From assembly GCA_964405655.1 (NCBI GenBank), contig CAYOOO010000008.1:1-52879 (forward strand): a stretch of 52,879 nucleotides of DNA. The letters run 5' to 3'. Below, in pieces: positions 18,092 to 26,277 of this stretch. How positions within the stretch are numbered: the stretch's first letter is position 1; each line of letters opens with the position of its first letter. The position numbers and the translations under genes are program-made. A model generated the notes under the pieces. The model ran no database searches. It was not told the origin of the DNA and worked only from the letters and a program-made list of their open reading frames with translations. Origin of the DNA: an uncultured Gammaproteobacteria bacterium (GTDB lineage Bacteria > Patescibacteriota > Microgenomatia > Daviesbacterales > UBA10151).

Positions 18092-18168
18092 TGGAAATTT
18101 TCCTTATCTTTTTTAAAATTTCCTCCGAAGAACCTCGTCTTCGCCTTCGGCGAACGTAAAATCTTCAC
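18088..18168 (-). other. 26-aa mini-ORF bridging secY and adk, repeating the adk start (MKIL)
   Basis: GTG overlaps the secY TGA (GTGA) and its TGA overlaps the adk ATG (ATGA). Peptide [26 protein letters not shown]; contains TTCGCC-GAA-GGCGAA. Confidence 0.55.
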
Positions 18169-19460
18169 CGTCTTAGAAATCCTTCGTAATTTCTCTCTAT
18201 TAACTTACTTTCAAACTGTTTGGCAGTATCTAAGACAACAGACACAACAATTAAGATTGATGTTCCACCAATTACCAAGGTTGTAATGTTAGTAAACTGA
18301 GAAATTATTGAAGGTAAAATTGCTATTAATCCTAAAAAGATTGCTCCTGCTAGAGTAATTCTTAAAAGAATATAGTTTAAGTAACTGGCTGTAGCGCTAC
18401 CAGGTCTAATCCCCGGGATAAAACCTCCGTATTTTTTTATCTCATCAGCGATCTTAGTTGGATTAAAAATAACAGCAGTATAAAAATAAGTAAAACCAAT
18501 TACTAGTAAAAAGTAGCTTAGGTTATAAATTATAGAGTTGGGATTAAAATTAGTTGCTAACCAGTAGCCGATATTTCTTAGAGGAACAGAACTCATCTGA
18601 GATAAAAACTGGCCTGCAAACGAAGGCAGTAGCACCAACGAGACAGCAAAAATTATTGGAATTACTCCTGCTTGGTTAACTCTTAAGGGAAGATAGGTAT
18701 GGTTGCCTCCTCCAACTGCTTGTCTGTTGCCAATAAACCTTCGGGCATATTGAACCAGAATCTGTCTCCTTCCTTCATTGACAAAAACAATTCCAGCTGT
18801 CACCATTATCCCAACAGCGATAAAGATTAGTAAATTAATTAGCTGCTGCTGATCAACGATTGAGGCAGTTTGGAAAAGAACAACTGGCGCTCTGGCAACA
18901 ATTCCAACAAAGATCAAAACCGAAATCCCGTTACCGATTCCGTACTCACTCATCAGTTCCCCTAACCACATGATAAAGACTGTTCCAGCAGTCATTCCGA
19001 CTATAATTGCCAGAATCTCAAGCGGTGTGCCTGCCTCTATTAATCCCTGTCTTTTCAAAAGGGTGAACATCCCAATTCCCTGTAAGACAGCCAGCGGGAC
19101 AGTTAAGTATCTAGTATATTGATTAATCTTCATTCTACCTTGTTCCCCCTCTTTTGAAAGTTCCTCAAGTTTAGGGAAAACCATGGTTAAAAGCTGGATA
19201 ATAATCGAGGCGTTAATATAAGGATTTAAACCTAAAGCAATGACTGAAAAATTAGCTAAAGTTCCTCCAGAAAATATATCCAAAAGCCCAAGCAGTTGAT
19301 TACTTTGGAATAAGTTTCTTAAGCCTTCTAAATCCACACCGCCTATTGGTATATGAGCAGCTATTCTGAAAATTATCAGTATTAGGATAGTAATAAGTAT
19401 CTTTCTTCTAAGCTCAGGGATACTAAAGGCATCAATGAAGGGTTTGATTATGCTATACAA
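18165..19460 (-). CDS. secY: Preprotein translocase SecY
   Basis: [31 protein letters not shown] and GGTSILIVV. Confidence 0.98.
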   Translation of the reverse strand: MYSIIKPFIDAFSIPELRRKILITILILIIFRIAAHIPIGGVDLEGLRNLFQSNQLLGLLDIFSGGTLANFSVIALGLNPYINASIIIQLLTMVFPKLEELSKEGEQGRMKINQYTRYLTVPLAVLQGIGMFTLLKRQGLIEAGTPLEILAIIVGMTAGTVFIMWLGELMSEYGIGNGISVLIFVGIVARAPVVLFQTASIVDQQQLINLLIFIAVGIMVTAGIVFVNEGRRQILVQYARRFIGNRQAVGGGNHTYLPLRVNQAGVIPIIFAVSLVLLPSFAGQFLSQMSSVPLRNIGYWLATNFNPNSIIYNLSYFLLVIGFTYFYTAVIFNPTKIADEIKKYGGFIPGIRPGSATASYLNYILLRITLAGAIFLGLIAILPSIISQFTNITTLVIGGTSILIVVSVVLDTAKQFESKLIERNYEGFLRR

Positions 19461-19902
19461 CTACTTTACCTCCTGCTTTCTCTATCTCATCTTTGACCTT
19501 TTTGGAAACAGGCAGATGGACATTCAAAGAAACCTTAAGATCTTCATCAAACAATACTTTAACTCCCTTCACCTTGACAGCTGAGGGTTTGACTAAATTT
19601 AGCTTGACTAACATCTCTAAATCAACTTCACTTTTGGCTTTTAGCTTATTTAATTGTGAGGTTTTGATGATGACTGATTTGGCAGACCTGACTGAATTGC
19701 CTCCTCTTCTACTCCATCCTCTTCGATAAGGAAGTTTCCTGTAAAGAGGTAGTGACCCACCAATAAACCCTGCTGGAATTTTACCTCTGGCTTTTTGACC
19801 TTTGGTACCTCTTGAGCTAGTTTTTCCTTTTCCAGAACCAATTCCCCGACCAACCCTTTTCTTTTCCTTAAGTTTTAATCTAGGTAAGTTACTTAGTTTC
19901 AT
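19453..19902 (-). CDS. rplO: 50S ribosomal protein L15
   Basis: [24 protein letters not shown] and IEKAGG. Confidence 0.97.
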   Translation of the reverse strand: MKLSNLPRLKLKEKKRVGRGIGSGKGKTSSRGTKGQKARGKIPAGFIGGSLPLYRKLPYRRGWSRRGGNSVRSAKSVIIKTSQLNKLKAKSEVDLEMLVKLNLVKPSAVKVKGVKVLFDEDLKVSLNVHLPVSKKVKDEIEKAGGKVVV

Positions 19903-20495
19903 TCTTTTTTATCCTCTTTTGATTTGACTTTTTTACCCGTCTCTACTTTTAGATTACCCTTTCCATTAATATTTTTTAGATTTTTCAGAGCTTCTAAAGC
20001 TGCATAAACATTTGAAGCCTGATTGCTAGTACCTAAAACCTTTGAGACAATATCTCTAATTCCGGCTGCTTCTACTACTACTCTGACAGCCCCCCCAGCA
20101 ATTACTCCTGTCCCAGCTGGTGCAGGCTTAAGCAAAACCTTGGCAGCACCTAGCTTTAGCAGTACTTCATGAGGGATAGTCCGATTATCCTTTAGCGGAA
20201 CTGTAATTAAATGCTTTTTTCCGTAGCTGCTGGCTTTTCTAACAGCTGATTGAACATCCGCAGCCTTGCCCAGTCCAACTCCGACTTTTCCCTGTCGGTC
20301 CCCAACTACCACCAAAACAGAAAGGGAACGCTTATCTCCCCCTTTTGTCTTTTTTGACACCCGATTAACCTGGACAACCTTTTCATAAAATTGATCAGTA
20401 TTGTCAGAAGAAAATCTAGGTCGATTAAATCCACCTCTTTGGCCGCCTTGTCCAAATCCTCTATTTTGATTTTGTTTTTTAGTTTCTTCGTTCAT
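19899..20495 (-). CDS. rpsE: 30S ribosomal protein S5
   Basis: VNRVSKKTKGG and PAPAGTGVIAGG; directly abuts rplO with no rpmD. Confidence 0.98.
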   Translation of the reverse strand: MNEETKKQNQNRGFGQGGQRGGFNRPRFSSDNTDQFYEKVVQVNRVSKKTKGGDKRSLSVLVVVGDRQGKVGVGLGKAADVQSAVRKASSYGKKHLITVPLKDNRTIPHEVLLKLGAAKVLLKPAPAGTGVIAGGAVRVVVEAAGIRDIVSKVLGTSNQASNVYAALEALKNLKNINGKGNLKVETGKKVKSKEDKKE

Positions 20496-20497
20496 AT

Positions 20498-20833
20498 TTA
20501 AAATTCCAAGCCCCCTTTTCTTGCTCCCTCTGCCAGTGCAATCAATCTTCCTTGATAAGGGTAGCCCCCTCGATCAAAAACTACTTTCTTGATTTTTCCT
20601 TTGACTGCCTTTTTAGCCAAATTTTCTCCAACTTGTGAAGCCTTAACTTTCTTACTACCTTCATTAATTTTTAAGTCAGATTCTGCTACTAAGGTTTTGC
20701 CCTGACTATCATCAATGATTTGAGCATAGATATGCTGACCAGAGCGAAAAACTGACAGCCTTGGTCTATCTTTTGTACCAAAAATCTTTTTTCTAATTTT
20801 TTTATGCCTATTTTGTCTTGAAACTTTATACAT
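20498..20833 (-). CDS. rplR: 50S ribosomal protein L18
   Basis: [18 protein letters not shown] and VVFDRGG. Confidence 0.98.
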   Translation of the reverse strand: MYKVSRQNRHKKIRKKIFGTKDRPRLSVFRSGQHIYAQIIDDSQGKTLVAESDLKINEGSKKVKASQVGENLAKKAVKGKIKKVVFDRGGYPYQGRLIALAEGARKGGLEF

Positions 20834-20886
20834 AATCTTACGTTTTTAAAACTCCATTCAAAAATGCTGCCAAAACATCATAATCC

Positions 20887-21444
20887 TTACTTGGCTCCTC
20901 CAACTACTGCTTTGCCAGCTTTACCAGCTTTTCTTCTAACGTATTCTCCTTCATAACGGATGCCTTTACCTTTATAAACCTCTGGTGGTTTGACAGCTCT
21001 AATATTAGCAGCAACTTGTCCAACTAGATGTTTATCAATTCCACTGACAGTAATTTTAGTGTTATCACTAACTGTAAAGTTAATTCCCTCGGGAGCCTTA
21101 AAATTAACTGGGTGTGAATAACCAACGTTTAGAGTTAGACTGTCTCCCCCGCCTGAAGCTCTATAACCAACTCCAACCATTTCTAATTTTTTATCCCAGC
21201 CACTGCTTACTCCTAAAACCATATTGTTTAAAAGTGCTCGGGTTAAACCGTGAACCGACCTGCTTAACCGATCTTCTTTCTTTCGAGAAACAACCAGCTG
21301 GTTGTCTTTAACTTCGGCGCGAACGAGAGGGTTTAAATTAAGTTCCAAACTACCCTTTGGACCTTTAGCTAAAACCTTACTCCCTTCTATCAGGACCTCA
21401 ACGCTACTTGGTATATTAATAGGGTTATTACCAACTCTACTCAT
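20887..21444 (-). CDS. rplF: 50S ribosomal protein L6
   Basis: MSRVG..PI, GVGYRA and PPEVYKGKGIRY. Confidence 0.98.
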   Translation of the reverse strand: MSRVGNNPINIPSSVEVLIEGSKVLAKGPKGSLELNLNPLVRAEVKDNQLVVSRKKEDRLSRSVHGLTRALLNNMVLGVSSGWDKKLEMVGVGYRASGGGDSLTLNVGYSHPVNFKAPEGINFTVSDNTKITVSGIDKHLVGQVAANIRAVKPPEVYKGKGIRYEGEYVRRKAGKAGKAVVGGAK

Positions 21445-21447
21445 TTT

Positions 21448-21501
21448 TTACCAAATGTAAGCGAAGCTTGCCTTTGGTGACTCGAGTCACCAAACGTAGG
21501 C
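21448..21501 (-). repeat. Imperfect direct repeat of the rpsH 3' end around a 22-bp perfect palindrome
   Basis: GCCTACGTTTGGTGA and GCTTACATTTGGTAA, 39 nt apart (12/15 identical). Palindrome TTTGGTGACTC|GAGTCACCAAA at 21473-21494. Confidence 0.75.
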
Positions 21502-21906
21502 TAAAACTTCTCCACCTACACCCTCCTTTCTAGCTTCTTTATCAGTCATGACGCCTTTAGGGGTGGAGATAATCGCTACTCCTAAACCATTTAAAACTCT
21601 AGGCAGAGCTTTTTGACCTCTGTAAATACGCAAACCCGGTTTGGAAATACGCCTGACTTCAGTAATTGCTGGCTTTCTTTTGGATGAGGAACTAAATTCA
21701 TTCTCATACTTTAAGACCACCTTAATCTTTCTAAAAGGAGAGTTTTCATCTTTGAACTCCTCTAATTTAGATATATAGCTTTCTCTCTCTAAAACTTTAC
21801 AGATACTAAAGACCAGGTTTGAGTATGGTAACCACACCTCTGTCTTTAAGGCCTTATATCCATTTTTGATTCTTATTAATGCATCTGCAACAGTATCTGT
21901 AACCAT
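21487..21906 (-). CDS. rpsH: 30S ribosomal protein S8
   Basis: DTVADALIRIKN, RISKPGLRIY, STPKGVMT and GGEVLAYVW. Confidence 0.98.
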   Translation of the reverse strand: MVTDTVADALIRIKNGYKALKTEVWLPYSNLVFSICKVLERESYISKLEEFKDENSPFRKIKVVLKYENEFSSSSKRKPAITEVRRISKPGLRIYRGQKALPRVLNGLGVAIISTPKGVMTDKEARKEGVGGEVLAYVW

Positions 21907-21910
21907 ATTT

Positions 21911-22090
21911 TTACCAACTCGATTTCTTTACACCTGGTAAGTAACCCTTGTATACCAGTTCTCTAAAACAAATCCGACATATCCCAAAGCGGCGTAAATA
22001 ACCGCGAGACCTACCGCACCTACTACAACGGTTTACTCTTTGAACTTCGTATTTAACTTTCTTTTTTACAATATTTGAAACTTTGGCCAT
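21911..22090 (-). CDS. rpsN: 30S ribosomal protein S14 type Z
   Basis: Not in the track. 59 aa by hand: MAKVSN...RCSRCGR...[25 protein letters not shown]. Confidence 0.97.
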   Translation of the reverse strand: MAKVSNIVKKKVKYEVQRVNRCSRCGRSRGYLRRFGICRICFRELVYKGYLPGVKKSSW

Positions 22091-22105
22091 TTTTATTTCT
22101 CCTTA

Positions 22106-22645
22106 TTACTTTGCAAAAGGCATCCCTAAAAGCTCTAGTAACCTTTTGCCTTGTTCAACATTTTTTGCTGTTGTATTGATAGTGATCTGTAAACCTCTAG
22201 CTTTGTCAATGTTTTTATAGTCAGTCTCTGGGAATATTAACTGTTCCCGCAGTCCTAAGTTAAAGTTTCCCTGAGGATCAAAAGATTTAGAAGAAACTCC
22301 TCTAAAATCTCTAACCTTAGGTAGGACTATATTGATCAATTTTTCCAAAAAAGCGTACATCTTCTGACCACGCAAGGTTACCATTAAGCCAATTGGTGCA
22401 TTCTTAGTCAACTTAAAACTCGAGATTGACTTTTTAGCTTTGGTGACAATTGGCTTTTGACCAGCTATCAAACTGAGATTATCCCGAGCCTTATCTAAAA
22501 CTCCTTCATTATCTTTAGCGTCTGCAATACCTATATTTATTACTACTTTAGATAACCTTGGTGCTGCCAGGCCATTTTTAATATTGAACTCTTCCATTAA
22601 TTTAGATTTCACTTCTTGATAATATTTGTCTTTTAAAACACTCAT
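22106..22645 (-). CDS. rplE: 50S ribosomal protein L5
   Basis: PRLSKVVINIG, LPKVRDFRG and GNFNLG. Confidence 0.98.
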   Translation of the reverse strand: MSVLKDKYYQEVKSKLMEEFNIKNGLAAPRLSKVVINIGIADAKDNEGVLDKARDNLSLIAGQKPIVTKAKKSISSFKLTKNAPIGLMVTLRGQKMYAFLEKLINIVLPKVRDFRGVSSKSFDPQGNFNLGLREQLIFPETDYKNIDKARGLQITINTTAKNVEQGKRLLELLGMPFAK

Positions 22646-22657
22646 AACTGATTTCTC

Positions 22658-22972
22658 CTATATAGCTTTCTTGCATTTTCTGCAAATTCTGACTTTGCTA
22701 TCTCCTTTCACTTCATATCCTACTCGAGTTGGTTTTTTACAGTTAGGACAAATCAAAGAAACATTAGAGATATCAACTGGTTTGACAATATCAATAATTC
22801 CACCTTCAATATCCCGATATTTCCTAACATGTCTTTTGGCGATATTAACCCCAGCTACAATCAGTTGTCCTTTTTTACCCAGAACTTTTTCAACTTGGCC
22901 AGTTTTACCTCTGTCTTTACCGAGTAAAACTAAAACATTGTCACCTTTTTTTATTCTGGTCATTTCTACCAT
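22658..22972 (-). CDS. rplX: 50S ribosomal protein L24
   Basis: IKKGD.V.V..GKDRGK.G and CPNCKKPTRVG. Confidence 0.98.
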   Translation of the reverse strand: MVEMTRIKKGDNVLVLLGKDRGKTGQVEKVLGKKGQLIVAGVNIAKRHVRKYRDIEGGIIDIVKPVDISNVSLICPNCKKPTRVGYEVKGDSKVRICRKCKKAI

Positions 22973-23061
22973 CCTCCTATTGTTAACTTAGTCACGTTAC
23001 CGAAATGGCCACTACACGGCTCTATCGTGCTATTTTTCTTAATTTTAAATTCACAATTCAT
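22966..23061 (-). other. 31-aa mini-ORF in the rplN-rplX spacer with an L24-like start
   Basis: GGAG SD upstream. MNCEFKIKKNSTIEPCSGHFGNVTKLTIGGW* overlaps the rplX ATG. Its 5' part lies in a degenerate heptamer tandem repeat (23041-23075). Confidence 0.4.
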
Positions 23062-23076
23062 AATTCTAGATTCTCC

Positions 23077-23445
23077 TCACCATACCTCTTGCGCTAAAGA
23101 AACTATTTTGCTAAAACCTGCATCTCTGACTTCCCTGGCAATAGGTCCGAAAATTCTGGTTGCCCGCAAATTATCATCTTTATCCACAATTACCGCTGCA
23201 TTATCATCAAACTTAATGTAAGAACCATCTTCCCTTCGATATTCTTTTTTGGCCCTGACTAAAACTGCTCTAACTATCTCACCATTTTTGACTTGTCCGT
23301 TCGGATCAGCCCCTTTGACAACAGAGATCATTACTTCACCCAGTCTGCCAAAACGTTTGCCTGAGCCTCCCAAGGGTTGGATTACTTGGAGCCTTTTAGC
23401 CCCCGAATTATCAGCTACGTTTAATATTGATCTGTGTTGTACCAT
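23077..23445 (-). CDS. rplN: 50S ribosomal protein L14
   Basis: [15 protein letters not shown] and [10 protein letters not shown]. Confidence 0.98.
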   Translation of the reverse strand: MVQHRSILNVADNSGAKRLQVIQPLGGSGKRFGRLGEVMISVVKGADPNGQVKNGEIVRAVLVRAKKEYRREDGSYIKFDDNAAVIVDKDDNLRATRIFGPIAREVRDAGFSKIVSLAQEVW

Positions 23446-23451
23446 CTTATT

Positions 23452-23509
23452 AAGACAGATTTGGACATAGATTCGATTGATCTAGCAGTTAAACTGCCAA
23501 ATCGTCTGC
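23452..23509 (-). repeat. Palindromic element copy C (rpsQ-rplN spacer)
   Basis: AGACGATTTGG-CAGTTTAACTG...CCAAATCTGTCT; shares both arms with copy B. Confidence 0.7.
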
Positions 23510-23510
23510 T

Positions 23511-23963
23511 CTATGCCTTTTTCTGTTCTGCTTTTCCTTTCTTTTCTTTAATTGAAGTCCTCTTAGCTGATTGTTTTACCCGATTTTCTTTTTTGTTGGC
23601 TTTTTTAGTTTCTTTTTCTTCTTTAGTTTTTACCTCAGCTTCTAGAGCTGCTTCCTCTTTCTTCTCTTCTTCTTCAGGTAAAACTTCCTCAATTGCCTCT
23701 TTTGCCTCTTCTTTAAGTTGCTCAGTTCCTAAAGCCACAATATCTTTACCTAAGACTTTTTTAACCTGATAGTGTTTTCTTTTAGAAATTGGTCTAACTT
23801 TTTCAATCACCACAATGTCTCCTAGACTCACGCCAATTGGATCATCAGCTAAATATTTTTTAGTCCAAGCATAAGACTTTTTATAAACTGGGTGAGTCTT
23901 CCGTTGCTCAACCAGCACTGAAACTGTCTTTTGCATCTTTGTTGATACCACCCTACCAATCAT
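23511..23963 (-). CDS. rpsQ: 30S ribosomal protein S17 with a long charged C-terminal tail
   Basis: GRVVSTKMQKTV and GDIVVIEKVRPISKRK. Confidence 0.97.
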   Translation of the reverse strand: MIGRVVSTKMQKTVSVLVEQRKTHPVYKKSYAWTKKYLADDPIGVSLGDIVVIEKVRPISKRKHYQVKKVLGKDIVALGTEQLKEEAKEAIEEVLPEEEEKKEEAALEAEVKTKEEKETKKANKKENRVKQSAKRTSIKEKKGKAEQKKA

Positions 23964-23965
23964 GT

Positions 23966-24046
23966 TTATTTGGACAAATTTGGACGTGACCTTTTGTTTT
24001 CAATTGGCTTTTTACTGCCGAATTGTCCATCACGACCTTTCGTCAA
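23966..24046 (-). repeat. Palindromic element copy B, in frame in the L29 tail
   Basis: AAAGGTCGTGA-TGGACAATTCGG-CAGT...CCAAATTTGTCCA-AATAA. Confidence 0.7.
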
Positions 24047-24304
24047 CCTCCCTTCTTCTTCTTTTATTTCTTCTGTTGTCTGTTGACTCTTAACTGTTAA
24101 CTCTTCTAACAGCTGTTTTTGCCTTAAAACTGTTAAAACTTGAGCTAAGTCTTTTCTCTTTTTAGAGACTACTTTAATATCTTTTACCTTACTCATGTTT
24201 TTATCCATGATCAGATTATTAATCTCTGTTTTTAAACCTTTAGCTTTAGCTATTAAATCAACAATACTCAAAGTTTTTACTTGTGTTAAATCTTTACTAC
24301 GCAT
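23966..24304 (-). CDS. rpmC: 50S ribosomal protein L29 with a C-terminal extension
   Basis: Sits between rplP and rpsQ; [14 protein letters not shown] motif. The likely start is ATG 24304, overlapping the rplP stop. Confidence 0.88.
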   Translation of the reverse strand: MRSKDLTQVKTLSIVDLIAKAKGLKTEINNLIMDKNMSKVKDIKVVSKKRKDLAQVLTVLRQKQLLEELTVKSQQTTEEIKEEEGRLTKGRDGQFGSKKPIENKRSRPNLSK

Positions 24305-24722
24305 GTTCAAACTCCTTAGTGACAAATCTTGTTTTTAAAGGTAGTTTATGGGATGCCAGTCTCATTGCCTCTCGGGCTATATCTTCAGCCACTGCACCCA
24401 TTTCAAAAAGAATATTGCCTGGCCTAACTACTGCCACGTACCCTTCTACATCCCCTTTTCCAGAACCCATTCTAGATTCAGCTGGGTGCTTGGTAATCGG
24501 TTTATCAGGAAAAATCCTAATCCAAATACGTCCACCACGCTGGGTGTAACGAGTCATTGCACGTCTTGCTGCCTCTATTTGACGTGAGGAAATCCAACCT
24601 TCTTCTTCGGTCTTGAGAGCAAAATTGCCAAAGGCGATCCGGTTATTGCGAGTAGCAATACCTTTTCTGCGACCTCGGAATGCTTTTCGATATTTAACTC
24701 GTTTTGGAACTAAAAGTGCCAT
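24297..24722 (-). CDS. rplP: 50S ribosomal protein L16
   Basis: [17 protein letters not shown] and RMGSGKG. Confidence 0.98.
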   Translation of the reverse strand: MALLVPKRVKYRKAFRGRRKGIATRNNRIAFGNFALKTEEEGWISSRQIEAARRAMTRYTQRGGRIWIRIFPDKPITKHPAESRMGSGKGDVEGYVAVVRPGNILFEMGAVAEDIAREAMRLASHKLPLKTRFVTKEFEHA

Positions 24723-24723
24723 G

Positions 24724-25365
24724 TTAAATTTTTGCCTCCCCTTTGTTAATCCAAACCTTTACACCAACATAACCTGATTTGGTTAAAGCTGGATAAACTG
24801 CAAAATCAATATCAGCTCTTAAAGTATGTAAAGGTATTGAACCGAAAAACTTTGATTCTCTTCTTGCTATCTCTGCTCCACCTATTCGTCCTGATAAAAC
24901 AACTTTGACTCCTTTTGCCCCAGCTCGCATCACTCGATCAATAGTCTGGTTCATTACCCTAGCAGCAGGCATTCTTCTAACAAGTTGGTCAGCAATGCTT
25001 TGAGCAACCAAATAAGCTGACAAATCAGGTATTTTCATATCCATAGGAACTATTTCTAAGGCATTTTCATCCTTAAGATTGAGCTCCCTCATCAAAAATT
25101 TCTTCAACTCTAATAATCCTGTTCCACCTCGGCCTATTAAAATACCAGGTCTTGAGACAAAAATAATGATTTTTATCTTGTTAATTGCTCTTTCTATCTC
25201 TATCTTGGAAATACCAGCTGTCTTGAGTCTCTTCATTAAAATTTCTCTGATTTTCATATCCTCTTTGAGAAACTGCTGATATTTTTTGCTACTGGCAAAC
25301 CACCTGGATTCCCAGGGCGATACTATTCCTAACCTAAAACCAATTGGATTTATCTTTTGGCCCAT
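24724..25365 (-). CDS. rpsC: 30S ribosomal protein S3
   Basis: [13 protein letters not shown] start (track start at 25464 is over-extended); [11 protein letters not shown] and [11 protein letters not shown]. Confidence 0.97.
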   Translation of the reverse strand: MGQKINPIGFRLGIVSPWESRWFASSKKYQQFLKEDMKIREILMKRLKTAGISKIEIERAINKIKIIIFVSRPGILIGRGGTGLLELKKFLMRELNLKDENALEIVPMDMKIPDLSAYLVAQSIADQLVRRMPAARVMNQTIDRVMRAGAKGVKVVLSGRIGGAEIARRESKFFGSIPLHTLRADIDFAVYPALTKSGYVGVKVWINKGEAKI

Positions 25366-25367
25366 CT

Positions 25368-25453
25368 TTTTACTTGGACGATCCTGTCCTACCTCCTTTT
25401 GCTGATTCAGTCGCGTTACTGGATCGTCCATTACGATCTTTGGTCTCGCTGAC
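25368..25453 (-). repeat. Palindromic element copy A, in frame in the L22 tail
   Basis: AAAGATCGTAA-TGGACGATCC...GGATCGTCCA-AGTAA, a 10-bp perfect stem. Confidence 0.7.
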
Positions 25454-25825
25454 CTTATTTTCATTTATGTTCTGTTTAGCTTTTGATTCTTTCTTATTTA
25501 TCATTTCGTCTGTTAGGACGATTTTGATATGACTCCACCTTCTTCGATAAGGCCTACCTCTGCCCCGACCAGCTGTACCAACCCGGTATCTTTTTAGCTT
25601 CATTCCCTCATTAATCTCCAGCTTTTTAAAGAATAAATTAGCTGATCCTTTAGCATTGGCCATGGCTGTTTTAATTGCTTTGGCCAAAGGTAGTGAAGCT
25701 GCTTTGTTGGTAAACTGCAAAACTTCTAATGCTTGATCTGGATTCATCTCTCGAATCATCTCAGCTACTAACCTCAGTTTACGAGGTGAGGTGGTCACGT
25801 TTTTTTGTATAGTAATATATTCCAT
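25370..25825 (-). CDS. rplV: 50S ribosomal protein L22 with a C-terminal extension
   Basis: SPRKLRLVA.MIR and RGRPYRRRWSHIKIVL. Confidence 0.97.
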   Translation of the reverse strand: MEYITIQKNVTTSPRKLRLVAEMIREMNPDQALEVLQFTNKAASLPLAKAIKTAMANAKGSANLFFKKLEINEGMKLKRYRVGTAGRGRGRPYRRRWSHIKIVLTDEMINKKESKAKQNINENKVSETKDRNGRSSNATESAKGGRTGSSK

Positions 25826-25840
25826 ACTTTAAATTTTCTC

Positions 25841-26125
25841 TTATGTTTTTGATGTACTCTTTTCAGTCATCTTTCCGTGAGATCTAAAAGTTCTGGTTGG
25901 AGCAAACTCTCCAAGTCTGTGTCCTACCATAGCCTCAACCACATAAACTGTTATAAAGTTCTTGCCTTGATGAACTAAAAAAGTGTGACCAACAAACTCC
26001 GGTGGAATTTGGCAGTTCCTAGCCCAAGTTTTAATCGGTGATTTCTGTCCAGACTCCTTCTGGACTTGCACTTTTTTCATTAATTTCTGATCTATATATG
26101 GTCCTTTGTATGATGATCTACTCAT
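25841..26125 (-). CDS. rpsS: 30S ribosomal protein S19
   Basis: IKTWAR, VHQGK and [13 protein letters not shown]. Confidence 0.98.
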   Translation of the reverse strand: MSRSSYKGPYIDQKLMKKVQVQKESGQKSPIKTWARNCQIPPEFVGHTFLVHQGKNFITVYVVEAMVGHRLGEFAPTRTFRSHGKMTEKSTSKT

Positions 26126-26137
26126 AATTTATATTTA

Positions 26138-26253
26138 TTAATGATCTAAAAGATCTTCATAGAGGGCTTGTCCCTCATACAAGCTTCTTCCCATTATTTA
26201 GTAATCCTTTCTGAAGCGAGTACAGGCTTCGCCTGATATGTACTTCTTGACAT
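26138..26253 (-). other. Two coupled mini-ORFs, each starting with an S19-like N-terminus
   Basis: MSRSTYQAKPVLASERITK* (26253-26194) joined by TAATG to MGRSLYEGQALYEDLLDH* (26194-26138). rpsS starts MSRSSYKG. Confidence 0.6.
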
Positions 26254-26277
26254 AATTGTTTTTCTATTAACTATTGG

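Noticed and set aside
19895-19905. Missing rpmD as an assembly gap
   Set aside because: rpsE and rplO overlap cleanly by ATGA, and L30 loss is a known CPR trait.
20834-20886. Mini-ORFs MMFWQHF* and MEF* between rplF and rplR
   Set aside because: They do not resemble the L18 start and contain no hairpin, so they are compatible with chance in AT-rich DNA and not counted as echoes.
21487-21489. Possible UGA-to-Gly recoding (code 25), suggested by the in-frame tail after the rpsH TGA
   Set aside because: All conserved genes are full length under code 11, and TGA ends secY, adk, rplN and others at the expected positions.
25366-25464. 33-aa N-terminal extension of S3 in the ORF track
   Set aside because: It overlaps the rplV tail; the canonical MGQK start follows the rplV stop by 4 nt.
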